DNA of 32,000 nt from positions 68,325 to 100,324 of the forward strand of contig CAYJVY010000006.1 in the NCBI GenBank assembly GCA_964373795.1, in the 5' to 3' direction. Positions within the stretch are counted from its first letter, which is position 1, and every line of letters begins with the position of its first letter. Shown here piece after piece: positions 1 through 8,345 of this stretch. The notes below the pieces were generated by a model. It was not told the DNA's origin. It made no database searches and saw only the letters and a list, made by a program, of their open reading frames with translations. Position numbers and translations under genes: made by a program. This DNA comes from an uncultured archaeon. Lineage in GTDB: Archaea; Iainarchaeota; Iainarchaeia; Iainarchaeales; DATDZZ01.

Positions 1-293
1 ATACTTGGATGTTTTGATAACCATACTTTTCCTAACACTCTTCTTTTATTATGTAAATCTCTTAACGTAATTGTTGTAATTGGCGTTCTTTTATTTCTAC
101 TAGCGCCAAAGACTGATTTTCCTTGAGAGGTTCCTTTCAATTGAATTTTTTTTGCAGTAACATCTTCAACAAATTCCCCTACAAGTGTTTCTCCAATTAT
201 AAAAACTTGTCTAGCAGTTTCTCTTTGGCTTCCAACATATCTTACTGGAATAATTCTTTTACGTGCTCTTTGTCGCGGCCTTCTTTGAAGCAT
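1..293 (-). CDS. Hypothetical basic protein, N-terminal 97 codons only (gene runs off the left edge of the window)
   Basis: My own reverse-strand translation from the ATG at 293-291 gives MLQRRPRQRARKRIIPVRYVGSQRETARQVFIIGETLVGEFVEDVTAKKIQLKGTSQGKSVFGASRNKRTPITTITLRDLHNKRRVLGKVWLSKHPS and stays open to position 1. It is absent from the ORF track because it is truncated. The Arg-rich N-terminus hints at an RNA/ribosome-associated protein, but I cannot assign a family. Confidence 0.5.
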   Translation of the reverse strand, partial: MLQRRPRQRARKRIIPVRYVGSQRETARQVFIIGETLVGEFVEDVTAKKIQLKGTSQGKSVFGASRNKRTPITTITLRDLHNKRRVLGKVWLSKHPS

Positions 294-387
294 TTTGTAA
301 CCTTAAATTTAAATAAATAGTTAACTTAAATCATTTATATTAATTTCTTTTGTTAACATGCATATTTTTTGATTAAAAAAGATTAAA

Positions 388-471
388 GCACGGGTACCGA
401 AGCGGTTAAACGGACCGGACTCAAGATCCGGTGACTTAGTGTCTTCACAGGTTCAAATCCTGTCCCGTGCA
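388..471 (+). tRNA. tRNA-Leu (anticodon CAA), class II with a long variable arm
   Basis: The cloverleaf was folded by eye. Acceptor stem is GCACGGG/CCCGTGC with discriminator A. D stem is CCG/CGG. Anticodon stem is CCGGA/TCCGG with loop CTCAAGA (CAA). A roughly 15-nt variable arm contains GAC/GTC pairing. T arm is ACAGG-TTCAAAT-CCTGT. No CCA is encoded, and a T-run follows. The region is a local GC-rich island in AT-rich DNA. Confidence 0.9.
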
Positions 472-753
472 TTTTGAAGTTTATGAATAAAGAAAATAGT
501 ATTTTGCGTTTTGTTTCACTTGATTTGTTTAGAACTCTAATAATTTTAGCATTCCTTTTTTTCAATCTCCTGGAAATTTTTGTTTCACAAGAAAAAATTC
601 CTCTTTTTTTTAAAACACAATCAAGGACAAATTTTATTGCCAGTTAATTTAATTGCACCTTCATTTGCATTCATTATTGGAGCTGCATTATTTGTTACAT
701 TTTTAAGTAAAAATTCTTTACTGCTTTGGATTTCGCAATTCGATTGGATTTTT

Positions 754-1554
754 TTAAGTCAAAAAATTAGCATGCTTTTTTTCCAAGAAAAAAATTAGTT
801 CAGTTGCCAAATCAATTCCTGAATTAGCTTTTTGAAATTTCTCAAAATTTGGTTGAAAAGAAATATTTGAAACAAAATGGTTTTCATTTGAATCAACTTT
901 AAATGAAATGCTTGCAAAATCAAAAGAATAGTTCAGTAAAAAGTTTGTTGAAAGCTCAATTAAATTGCTTGAAAGTTTTTGGCCTTTAATTTTATTAGTT
1001 GTAATTGAAGTTGCGCACACAACTTTGGATCCTATAGCAAGGCATTCAATTTCTTTTTCATAATCCAGTCGTTCTTGAATTAAATATCTATTAGTTGAAC
1101 TGAGTTTTTTGATTATTGAATCAAATTCATTTAGTTTGACTGCATTAATTTCAGTTGAATCGTTTGCTCCAAAAATATTAATTTCATTGTTTTGAAATGA
1201 TTCAATTAATTCGTTTAACTTTAATTTACTGAATTTAGGCATATCTAATACTATTGTCTTTGGAATCAATACATTTGATTTTTTTGATAAAATATATAAT
1301 TCATATTTTGTTGGATTGATTTTCAAAACATTTTTGTTTGCAAGAAAAGTTGTAAATGAAAGATTATTCAAAACTGCATTTATTTTTTCAAAACTAGTTG
1401 GAGATTCAATTATTACTGAATTAGGCGAATACTCTTCGAGTTTGTTTAAATCTTTTTCAAGAATAAAGTCGAAAATATGTTCTCTTTCCTCAGCAGTTTT
1501 AATTAGTTTTTTATGAAAAGAATTTAATTCTTTTGAAATCCATAAAATTTTCAT
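754..1554 (-). CDS. ATP-grasp-like (RimK/LysX-type) protein, apparently degenerate
   Basis: This is a 266-aa ORF with an ATG start. The segment YLIQERLDYEKEIECLAIGSKVVCA resembles the ATP-grasp 'hhhQEyi...D/E-h-R/C-hhhhG-kvv-a' core. The usual KP..GS.G loop and the E-x-N metal-binding motif are not recognisable (IFGANDS, VSNISFQPNF). Confidence 0.35.
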   Translation of the reverse strand: MKILWISKELNSFHKKLIKTAEEREHIFDFILEKDLNKLEEYSPNSVIIESPTSFEKINAVLNNLSFTTFLANKNVLKINPTKYELYILSKKSNVLIPKTIVLDMPKFSKLKLNELIESFQNNEINIFGANDSTEINAVKLNEFDSIIKKLSSTNRYLIQERLDYEKEIECLAIGSKVVCATSITTNKIKGQKLSSNLIELSTNFLLNYSFDFASISFKVDSNENHFVSNISFQPNFEKFQKANSGIDLATELIFFLEKKHANFLT

Positions 1555-1563
1555 TTTAACACT

Positions 1564-1896
1564 TTAAGGTTTTTTTTGAGTTTTAAGTTCAGAGTACAAA
1601 GAAGTTAAAAGCGCTTTTCGTTGATCTATTAAACCTCTAGGAATTTGTTGTCCGCGAGATTGTAAAACTAATAATTCGCTTTCAACTTTTTTTAAGTTTA
1701 AAAAAATTGAATGCGCACGAGACCCTTTTTCAACTGCATGACTTTCATGTCCAAATCTTCCTAAAAAATTAATTCCAACCTTTTCAATTTTTGGAGGCAT
1801 TGCAGCTTGGCGTCTTTTTTCAGCCTCTACAAATATTTGAGCAAACGCTCTAAATCGACGAGTTGTTGGTTCTCTTCTTGCAGCAAGTATAGGCAT
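1564..1896 (-). CDS. Hypothetical protein with an Arg-rich N-terminus (110 aa)
   Basis: The ORF has an ATG start. It lies 24 nt downstream of the ribL-like gene and 9 nt upstream of the ATP-grasp-like gene, so an operon context is likely. The N-terminus reads MPILAARREPTTRRFRAF. I recognise no family. Confidence 0.5.
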   Translation of the reverse strand: MPILAARREPTTRRFRAFAQIFVEAEKRRQAAMPPKIEKVGINFLGRFGHESHAVEKGSRAHSIFLNLKKVESELLVLQSRGQQIPRGLIDQRKALLTSLYSELKTQKKP

Positions 1897-1920
1897 ACTA
1901 ATAAATTGTTTTTGAATTAT

Positions 1921-2349
1921 TTAATTCTTTTGATTTTTTATTTTTTCTTTAATTTTACTTGTTTTATGAATTTCAGGTTTAAAAGGACTTAATCTAATGA
2001 TTTGAGTTCGGCAATTGTTTTCTTTTAAGAATTGAATTAATTTTTTTTCATCAACTCTTTGATCATACCCTAGAGCAATAATGTCTGGATTAATTTCAAG
2101 AACTGTTTTAAAAATCTCTTTTTTTCTGCCTAAAACAGCGTTGTCCACAACTTTTAACTCTTTAATTAATTGAAGTCTATGTAATTCGGAATTAGAGGGA
2201 TAAAATCCTTTAATTTTTTTAACATTTTCATCTCTTGCAATTACTACTATTAATTTACTTCCAAGTTCTTTGGCTCGTTTTAAGTATTGCAAATGCCCTG
2301 GATGAAGTAAATCAAATGTCCCAAAAGCTAGTACTGTTTTTTCATTCAT
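1921..2349 (-). CDS. ribL: Cytidylyltransferase-fold nucleotidyltransferase, probably archaeal FAD synthetase (FMN adenylyltransferase RibL)
   Basis: The 142-aa product has an N-terminal GTFDLLHPGH (HxGH nucleotidyltransferase motif). Size and layout are typical of archaeal RibL. A TagD-like glycerol-3-phosphate cytidylyltransferase cannot be excluded. Confidence 0.6.
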   Translation of the reverse strand: MNEKTVLAFGTFDLLHPGHLQYLKRAKELGSKLIVVIARDENVKKIKGFYPSNSELHRLQLIKELKVVDNAVLGRKKEIFKTVLEINPDIIALGYDQRVDEKKLIQFLKENNCRTQIIRLSPFKPEIHKTSKIKEKIKNQKN

Positions 2350-2393
2350 TTTTTTGCCTTGAATTTTTAGTAAAACAATTGTACTGGAAATAA

Positions 2394-2400
2394 TTTAAAT
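2394..2400 (+). promoter_or_regulatory. Putative TATA box (TTTAAAT) for tyrS
   Basis: AATTTAAAT lies 32-38 nt upstream of the tyrS ATG, in the divergent spacer between ribL and tyrS. Confidence 0.4.
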
Positions 2401-2431
2401 TGATTGTTATTATTTCAGTTAAAGTGATTTA

Positions 2432-3400
2432 ATGGATTTAGAGGAAAAACTTGCTTTAATTAAAAGAAACACTGTTGAATTAATTGAGGAAAAAGAATTA
2501 ACTGAAATTCTTCAAACAAAGTCAAATCCAGTAACTTATTGCGGGTATGAACCAAGCGGGGAAATGCATTTAGGGCATTTTGTTACTTTAACTAAATTAG
2601 TTGACTTGGAGAAAGCAGGGTTTAAAGTAAAAGTTTTACTTGCTGACTGGCATGCATGGTTAAACAAAAAAGGTTCTTGGGAGCAAATTCATGAAATTGC
2701 AAAAGTTTGGGAAAAAGCATTCAAAGCATTGGGGTTGAAAAATGCTGAATATGTTTTAGGATCAAGTTTTCAACGAAAAAATGAATACTTGGATGATGTT
2801 TTAACTCTGGCATTGAATACAACTGTTAATCGTTCAATTCGTTCAATGCAAGAAGTTGCAAGAGACGTTGAAAATGCAACTGTTTCTCAAATGATTTACC
2901 CCTTAATGCAAATAACTGACATTAAATACTTAAAAGTAGATGTAACAGAGGCAGGAATAGAGCAAAGAAAAATTCACATGCTTGGAAGAGAAATAATGGA
3001 AAAAATTAATTATCCAAAGCCTTGTTTAGTTCATACTCCTTTAATTAATTCCTTGCTTGGCCCTGGAAAAAAAATGAGTTCCTCCGAACCAAATTCACTT
3101 ATAAGTGTTCGAGATTCCGAACAAGACGTTTTAAAGAAAATCAATAAAGCTTATTGCCCTGAAGGCATAACTGAAAACAATCCTGTTCTAGAAATAACTA
3201 AGTTAATTATTTTTCCAAGAATTAAATCTTTTGAAGTTTCTCGCCCAGAAAAATTTGGAGGAAATGTTTCCTTTGAAAACTTTACTGAGTTAGAAAAAGC
3301 TTTTGCTGAAAAAAAGTTGCATCCAATGGATTTAAAAAATACAGTTTCAAAATATTTGCTAGAAATATTAGAACCAGTAAGAAAGGCATTCAATAATTAA
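2432..3400 (+). CDS. tyrS: Tyrosyl-tRNA synthetase, archaeal type
   Basis: The 322-aa product carries class I aaRS motifs: YCGYEPSGEMHLGH (HIGH-type) and KMSSS (KMSKS-type). Its short length is typical of archaeal TyrRS. Confidence 0.9.
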   Translation: MDLEEKLALIKRNTVELIEEKELTEILQTKSNPVTYCGYEPSGEMHLGHFVTLTKLVDLEKAGFKVKVLLADWHAWLNKKGSWEQIHEIAKVWEKAFKALGLKNAEYVLGSSFQRKNEYLDDVLTLALNTTVNRSIRSMQEVARDVENATVSQMIYPLMQITDIKYLKVDVTEAGIEQRKIHMLGREIMEKINYPKPCLVHTPLINSLLGPGKKMSSSEPNSLISVRDSEQDVLKKINKAYCPEGITENNPVLEITKLIIFPRIKSFEVSRPEKFGGNVSFENFTELEKAFAEKKLHPMDLKNTVSKYLLEILEPVRKAFNN

Positions 3401-3406
3401 AAAAGG

Positions 3407-3414
3407 TTTAAATA
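3407..3414 (+). promoter_or_regulatory. Putative TATA box (TTTAAATA)
   Basis: It lies 30-37 nt upstream of the ATG at 3444. Confidence 0.4.
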
Positions 3415-3443
3415 GTAGTTTACCTATTATTTTTTCGATTAAA

Positions 3444-4091
3444 ATGAATTTATTCAACTTATTTGTTAACCCTAGACAGGCAGTGAAGGATTCTCTTTCA
3501 AATCCAAATACGGCATTAATTGGAGTATTATTAATCGCACATGTATTGGTTGGATTAATAATTTTTGTTTTAAGAGGTTTAACGCTTAACTTGGTTCAAA
3601 GCGTTTTGCAAGTCGTTAACTCAATTATATTGGTTTTAGTTTTAACAGTTATAGTTTATTTTTTTTCAAAGTTTTCCAAGCAACAAAAATCTTTAATTGA
3701 TCGAAACAAATTATTTTTAGGTTTAATTCAAGCTTTTGCTTTAACTTTTTTCTATATTTTACTTGGAACAATTTTTTATGGAGTTCCAATTTTGTTGTTG
3801 AATAAAGAATTAGCAAAACCAATTCAAGATGCAACTGCTGGAACTATTACTTCTCAAGAATTATTTACTGTGTTAGACAGCAAGCTTTCAACTGAAAGTA
3901 CTTTCCCATTATCAATTATTTTAGGAGCATCACTTGTATTAATTTCATTAATGTTTTTGTATATTCTTTATCTATGGTATTTAGTGGTTTCTGAAACCCT
4001 TCAAGCAGGGTTTGTGAAGAATATTATTTTCTTTGTAATACTGTTATTGCTTGGATACCTTGTAATGGCTTTAAAGGGATTCTTATTCTAG
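3444..4091 (+). CDS. Polytopic membrane protein (Yip1-like topology), function unknown
   Basis: The 215-aa product has a short polar N-terminus followed by about 5 hydrophobic segments. I see no catalytic motifs. Confidence 0.5.
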   Translation: MNLFNLFVNPRQAVKDSLSNPNTALIGVLLIAHVLVGLIIFVLRGLTLNLVQSVLQVVNSIILVLVLTVIVYFFSKFSKQQKSLIDRNKLFLGLIQAFALTFFYILLGTIFYGVPILLLNKELAKPIQDATAGTITSQELFTVLDSKLSTESTFPLSIILGASLVLISLMFLYILYLWYLVVSETLQAGFVKNIIFFVILLLLGYLVMALKGFLF

Positions 4092-4187
4092 TTAAGCTTT
4101 AAATAAATGCAAAAATTGAAACAAAAAATATAAATACTTGTTTTACTGGTAAAATATTATTTAATATTACTGAAAAGGCGATTAAAC

Positions 4188-4385
4188 ATGAAAGTGAAAT
4201 GCCCTGGATGTGAAGAACGATTTGATGTAGACAAAAATGAATATGATGAAGACGATGTATTAGATTGCCCTGAATGCGAGGAAACCTTGATTTTAAAGGT
4301 TAAAGGTGGAAAATTTGTAGCCAAACTAGATAAAGAAAAATATGATGAAGATCTAGAAGATTATTACAATGAAGAAGACGAATAA
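4188..4385 (+). CDS. Small zinc-ribbon protein with an acidic C-terminal tail (LysW-like architecture)
   Basis: The 65-aa product has CPGC...x18...CPEC, giving four Cys ligands. The tail KYDEDLEDYYNEEDE ends in Glu. Confidence 0.6.
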   Translation: MKVKCPGCEERFDVDKNEYDEDDVLDCPECEETLILKVKGGKFVAKLDKEKYDEDLEDYYNEEDE

Positions 4386-4472
4386 GCCTTTAATGCAAGA
4401 ATTAATTTTAGCTATTCTTTTATTATAACTTTTATTCCTTTCTTATTTTAATTTACATTTAAGTTGATTTAA

Positions 4473-5867
4473 ATGAGTTTTGAAATATTTAATTCTCTTT
4501 CAAAGAAAAAAGAAGAATTCAAGCCATTAGAAGAAAATGAAGTAAAGATGTATGTTTGTGGACCCACAGTTTATGGTCCAGGCCATATAGGTCATGCAAA
4601 AACGTATACTGCTTTTGATATTATTAGAAGATATTTGGAATACTCTGGATTTAAAGTTAAATTTGTTGTAAACCTTACTGATGTGCATGATGACATGATT
4701 TCAAAAGCAAACGAACAAGGAATAACTATTTTTGAATTAGCTGAAAAAAACATTAAGCTTTTTTTTAAAGACATGGATGAATTAGGAATTAAAAAAGCAG
4801 ATATTAATCCAAGGGTAACTGAAACCATTCCTGAAATAATTGAACTGGTTAAAACCTTGCAAGAAAAAGGTTTTGCCTATGAAACAGAAGACGGAGTTTA
4901 TTTTAATGTACAAAAGTTTAAAGATTATGGAAAACTAGCAGGAATTAAAATTGAAAAAACTTTAACTGGAACAAGAGTTAAAACAGATAAATATGATAAA
5001 GAAAATGTTCAAGACTTTGCTTTATGGAAAAAACAAAAACTCGGAGAACCTTTTTGGGAAAGTCCTTGGGGAAGAGGCAGACCTGGATGGCATATTGAAT
5101 GTTCTGCCATGAGTAAAAAGCACTTAGGAGAACAAATAGATATTCACGGAGGCGCAGTTGACTTAATTTTTCCACATCATCAAAACGAAATAGCTCAAAG
5201 CGAAGCTGCTAGCGGGAAAAAACCTTTTGTAAAATATTGGTTGCATTCAGGGTTTCTAAATGTTGAAGGAGAAAAAATGTCTAAAAGTTTGGGAAACTAT
5301 ATCGAGATTCCAAAGCTTTTAGAAAAATACGATCCAAAAGTTTTCAGATTTTTTGTTGCAGGAATTCATTATAGAAGCCCAATTGATTTCACTGATTCAG
5401 CAATGCAAATAGCCAAAAAAACTCTTGAAAAATTAAATGACTTCATTAGAAGAATGCACGAAATTCAAAACGAAAAAAATAATTCCAAAATAATTGAATT
5501 AATTACTGAAACCAGAAAAAAGTTCATTAAAGAAATGAATGAAGACTTTAATACTCCTAATGCGTGGGCAACAATATTTGATTTTGTTTCAACAATAAAT
5601 AAATTTGAAGCTGAAAATAACTTAAGTAAAAAAGATGCTGAACAAGTGATGGATTTTATGAAAGAATTAGACACAATCTTTAAGGTTTTTAATTTTGAAC
5701 AAAAAAATGAATTAGATAAAGAAGTTGAAGAATTAATTCAGAAAAGAGAAGAATTTAGAAAACAAAAAAAGTTTTCAGAAGCAGATGAAATTCGTGCACA
5801 ATTAACTGCAAAAGGAATTCAATTGCTTGACACTCCTGAAGGAGTTAAATGGAAAAAAATAAGTTAA
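4473..5867 (+). CDS. cysS: Cysteinyl-tRNA synthetase
   Basis: The 464-aa product has GPGHIGHA (HIGH), KMSKSLGN (KMSKS) and the WHIECS zinc/cysteine-binding region. Confidence 0.92.
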   Translation: MSFEIFNSLSKKKEEFKPLEENEVKMYVCGPTVYGPGHIGHAKTYTAFDIIRRYLEYSGFKVKFVVNLTDVHDDMISKANEQGITIFELAEKNIKLFFKDMDELGIKKADINPRVTETIPEIIELVKTLQEKGFAYETEDGVYFNVQKFKDYGKLAGIKIEKTLTGTRVKTDKYDKENVQDFALWKKQKLGEPFWESPWGRGRPGWHIECSAMSKKHLGEQIDIHGGAVDLIFPHHQNEIAQSEAASGKKPFVKYWLHSGFLNVEGEKMSKSLGNYIEIPKLLEKYDPKVFRFFVAGIHYRSPIDFTDSAMQIAKKTLEKLNDFIRRMHEIQNEKNNSKIIELITETRKKFIKEMNEDFNTPNAWATIFDFVSTINKFEAENNLSKKDAEQVMDFMKELDTIFKVFNFEQKNELDKEVEELIQKREEFRKQKKFSEADEIRAQLTAKGIQLLDTPEGVKWKKIS

Positions 5868-5880
5868 ATATCAAGCAAAT

Positions 5881-5890
5881 AATTAAATAC
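5881..5890 (+). promoter_or_regulatory. Putative TATA box (AATTAAATAC)
   Basis: It lies 26-35 nt upstream of the ATG at 5916. Confidence 0.35.
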
Positions 5891-5915
5891 ATTAAAAACC
5901 ATTTTTTTAGTTATT

Positions 5916-7703
5916 ATGGCAATGCTTGACTTAACTTTATTGCTTGACTTGGGACTAATTATAATAGCTGCAACTGTGCTAGGATATGTTGCTAAAGCAT
6001 TAAAGCAACCTCCACTAATTGCATATATTGCAGCAGGATTGCTTATAGGGCCATATGCATTAGGTTCATTGGGAATAAGGTTTGGTCCAATTCCAGTACT
6101 AGGAGTTGGCCCTGAACAAATAAATAATATAATAATTTTATCCGAATTAGGAGTAGCATTTCTATTATTTTCAATTGCTGCTGAAACAAATTTTTCTAAA
6201 ATGTTTCAATTAAGAAACATTTTATTTGCAGGAGGAATTCTTCAAGTACTTTTAAGCACTGTTCTAGTATTCTTTTTAACTTTTTTAATTCTTCCAAATG
6301 CAATTCAAGCAATTTACATCGGATTCATTCTAGCGTTTAGTTCTACTATGATGGTTGTAAAAGTTTTATCAGACAAACAAGAAATTAATACAATTCATGG
6401 AAGGTTAATGGTTGGATTTCTTCTAGTGCAAGATGTAATAGTTATTCTTTTACTTCCTTTAATTGCAAAAATCTCTACTCAACTATCTTTTTTTCTTTTA
6501 TTAGAGGTTTTCTTAAAAGCATTCATTCTTTTTGCAATAGGATTTTTATTTAACAAATTTATTTTACCAAAATTAATTTCTTATTCAAGTAAATCAGTTG
6601 AATTGTTTTATTTAAGTAGTTTAAGTGTTTGCTTTTTATTCATCATTTTATCTCATTTAATGAATTTTTCAATTGCAGTAGGAGCATTTATTGGAGGACT
6701 AGCAATTTCAAATTTATTATTTAATTTAGAAATTGTTAGCAACATTAAGGGTTTAAGAAATTTTTTTGCCACAATATTTTTTGTAACACTTGGAATGCAA
6801 ATAAATTTTTCTTTTATAAATTTTTCCATTCCATTATTTGCTTTAATGTTGTTTGCTGTTTTCATTTTAAAACCAATTATTTTCAGCATTATTACTTTTT
6901 TTAGTGGCTATGGAGGAAGAATTTCTTTATTAGTTGGATTAGGCTTAGCTCAAGTAAGTGAATTTTCTTTTATTTTATTAAATCAAGGATTTAATGGAGG
7001 GCAAGGCCCTTTAAGTCAAGAAGTTTTTTCGAGTTCAATACTTGTAATTGGATTATCAATGGCTTTAACTCCTTACATTATAAAATACGACGACAAAATA
7101 AGTTTCTTTTTTAGAAACCGCTTAAGGAAAATAGATTTCTTGGCAAAATTTTTTGACAAACACAAACAAAATCTTGACAAATTAAGTAATGTTCCATTAA
7201 AATTAAACAAACACATTGTATTATTTGGTTGTGGGGAAACAGGTAAAGGATTTGTTTCGACTTTTAATGAAACTCAAAACCTTGTAGTAGTTGACAACGA
7301 TCCAAAAGTAATAGAAGAACTAATAAGTAAAGACGCTTATGCAATTTATGGCTCAGTTGAACATTTAGAGGCATTAGAAAAAGCTGGCTTGACTAGAGCT
7401 GATTTATTGGTTATTACAATTCCAAACGAAGAAGCATCAATTTATTTAACTGAATTAGCTAAACAAATAAATCCAGACATCATAATTTTTGCAAGAGCAC
7501 ATCATAACGAAGGCGTAATAAAATTATATGAAAAAGGAGCAGACTTAGTTATTGCTCCTGAAACACTTGCATCAACTGAATTAATTAAAAATGTTTCAAA
7601 TTATTTAGAGAAAGGGAAAAAGTTTAAAATAAAATTAAGAAAACAATATTTAGACTATGTAAAAAATGGATTAAGAAATAAAGAAAATAATTTCAAAATC
7701 TAA
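5916..7703 (+). CDS. Kef-type monovalent cation:proton antiporter (CPA2) with a C-terminal RCK/TrkA-N domain
   Basis: The 595-aa product has about 12 hydrophobic helices, followed by a Rossmann motif IVLFGCGETGKG and a soluble domain. Confidence 0.8.
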   Translation: MAMLDLTLLLDLGLIIIAATVLGYVAKALKQPPLIAYIAAGLLIGPYALGSLGIRFGPIPVLGVGPEQINNIIILSELGVAFLLFSIAAETNFSKMFQLRNILFAGGILQVLLSTVLVFFLTFLILPNAIQAIYIGFILAFSSTMMVVKVLSDKQEINTIHGRLMVGFLLVQDVIVILLLPLIAKISTQLSFFLLLEVFLKAFILFAIGFLFNKFILPKLISYSSKSVELFYLSSLSVCFLFIILSHLMNFSIAVGAFIGGLAISNLLFNLEIVSNIKGLRNFFATIFFVTLGMQINFSFINFSIPLFALMLFAVFILKPIIFSIITFFSGYGGRISLLVGLGLAQVSEFSFILLNQGFNGGQGPLSQEVFSSSILVIGLSMALTPYIIKYDDKISFFFRNRLRKIDFLAKFFDKHKQNLDKLSNVPLKLNKHIVLFGCGETGKGFVSTFNETQNLVVVDNDPKVIEELISKDAYAIYGSVEHLEALEKAGLTRADLLVITIPNEEASIYLTELAKQINPDIIIFARAHHNEGVIKLYEKGADLVIAPETLASTELIKNVSNYLEKGKKFKIKLRKQYLDYVKNGLRNKENNFKI

Positions 7704-8345
7704 CTATAAAAGTTTTTCTTTTAATTCTTGAATTGCTTTTTTTCTATCTGTTTGACCAAAAATTGCATTTCCGGCAACCAAAACATTTGCTCCTGCTTTC
7801 ACTACCTTTTGCACTGTATCAAGATTAATTCCGCCATCAACTTCAATATCTAAATTTGGTTTTAATTTTCGTAGTTTAGAAATTTTTGGTAAAACTGATT
7901 CAATAAATGTTTGCCCGCCAAAACCAGGGTTAACTGTCATCAATAAAACCATGTCTAATTCATCTAAAACATCTTCAATTGAATTCAAAGAGGTTGCAGG
8001 GTTTAATGCAACTGCAGCTTTTACTCCGCAAGACTTTATTTGCTGAATAACTCTATGCAAATGAGGACACGCTTCAACATGAACTGTAATAGAAGCTGCT
8101 CCTGCTTTAACAAATTCTTCAACAAATTTTTCGGGTTCAACAATCATTAAATGACAATCCAATGGTTTTGAAGATTTCAATTTTTTTACTACAGGTGGCC
8201 CAATAGTAATATTTGGAACAAACCTTCCATCCATTACATCTACATGAATTAAATCAACTTTTGATTCAACTAAAGCAATTTCTTCATTAATTTTTCCAAA
8301 ATCAGCTGATAAAATGCTTGGAGCAATTAAAACTTTTTTATTCAT
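7704..8345 (-). CDS. rpe: Ribulose-phosphate 3-epimerase
   Basis: The 213-aa product contains PSILSADF, HVDVMDG.FVPN, MTVNPGFGGQ and VDGGI motifs. Confidence 0.92.
   Translation of the reverse strand: MNKKVLIAPSILSADFGKINEEIALVESKVDLIHVDVMDGRFVPNITIGPPVVKKLKSSKPLDCHLMIVEPEKFVEEFVKAGAASITVHVEACPHLHRVIQQIKSCGVKAAVALNPATSLNSIEDVLDELDMVLLMTVNPGFGGQTFIESVLPKISKLRKLKPNLDIEVDGGINLDTVQKVVKAGANVLVAGNAIFGQTDRKKAIQELKEKLL

Noticed and set aside
123-320. A 65-aa plus-strand ORF
   Set aside because: It is antisense to the better-supported truncated minus-strand gene (1-293). Its Ser/Phe/Asn-rich low-complexity product is typical of antisense frames in AT-rich DNA.
383-565. A 60-aa minus-strand ORF in the track
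   Set aside because: It is antisense to, and mostly composed of, the tRNA-Leu sequence. The open frame is a by-product of the GC-rich tRNA.
388-753. tRNA-Leu as the attachment site of an integrated element
   Set aside because: I found no integrase, no partial tRNA duplicate and no foreign-looking genes adjacent to it. Only a long spacer is present.
580-798. A 72-aa TTG-initiated ORF with one hydrophobic segment
   Set aside because: It has no ATG and no upstream TATA or SD element, and it overlaps the 3' end of the ATP-grasp-like gene. It is most likely non-coding and is kept only as part of the long-spacer observation.
1564-1896. TRRFRAF in the 110-aa ORF as a twin-arginine (Tat) signal
   Set aside because: The motif is followed by AQIFVEAEKRRQ, which is charged rather than a hydrophobic h-region, and no signal-peptidase site is evident.
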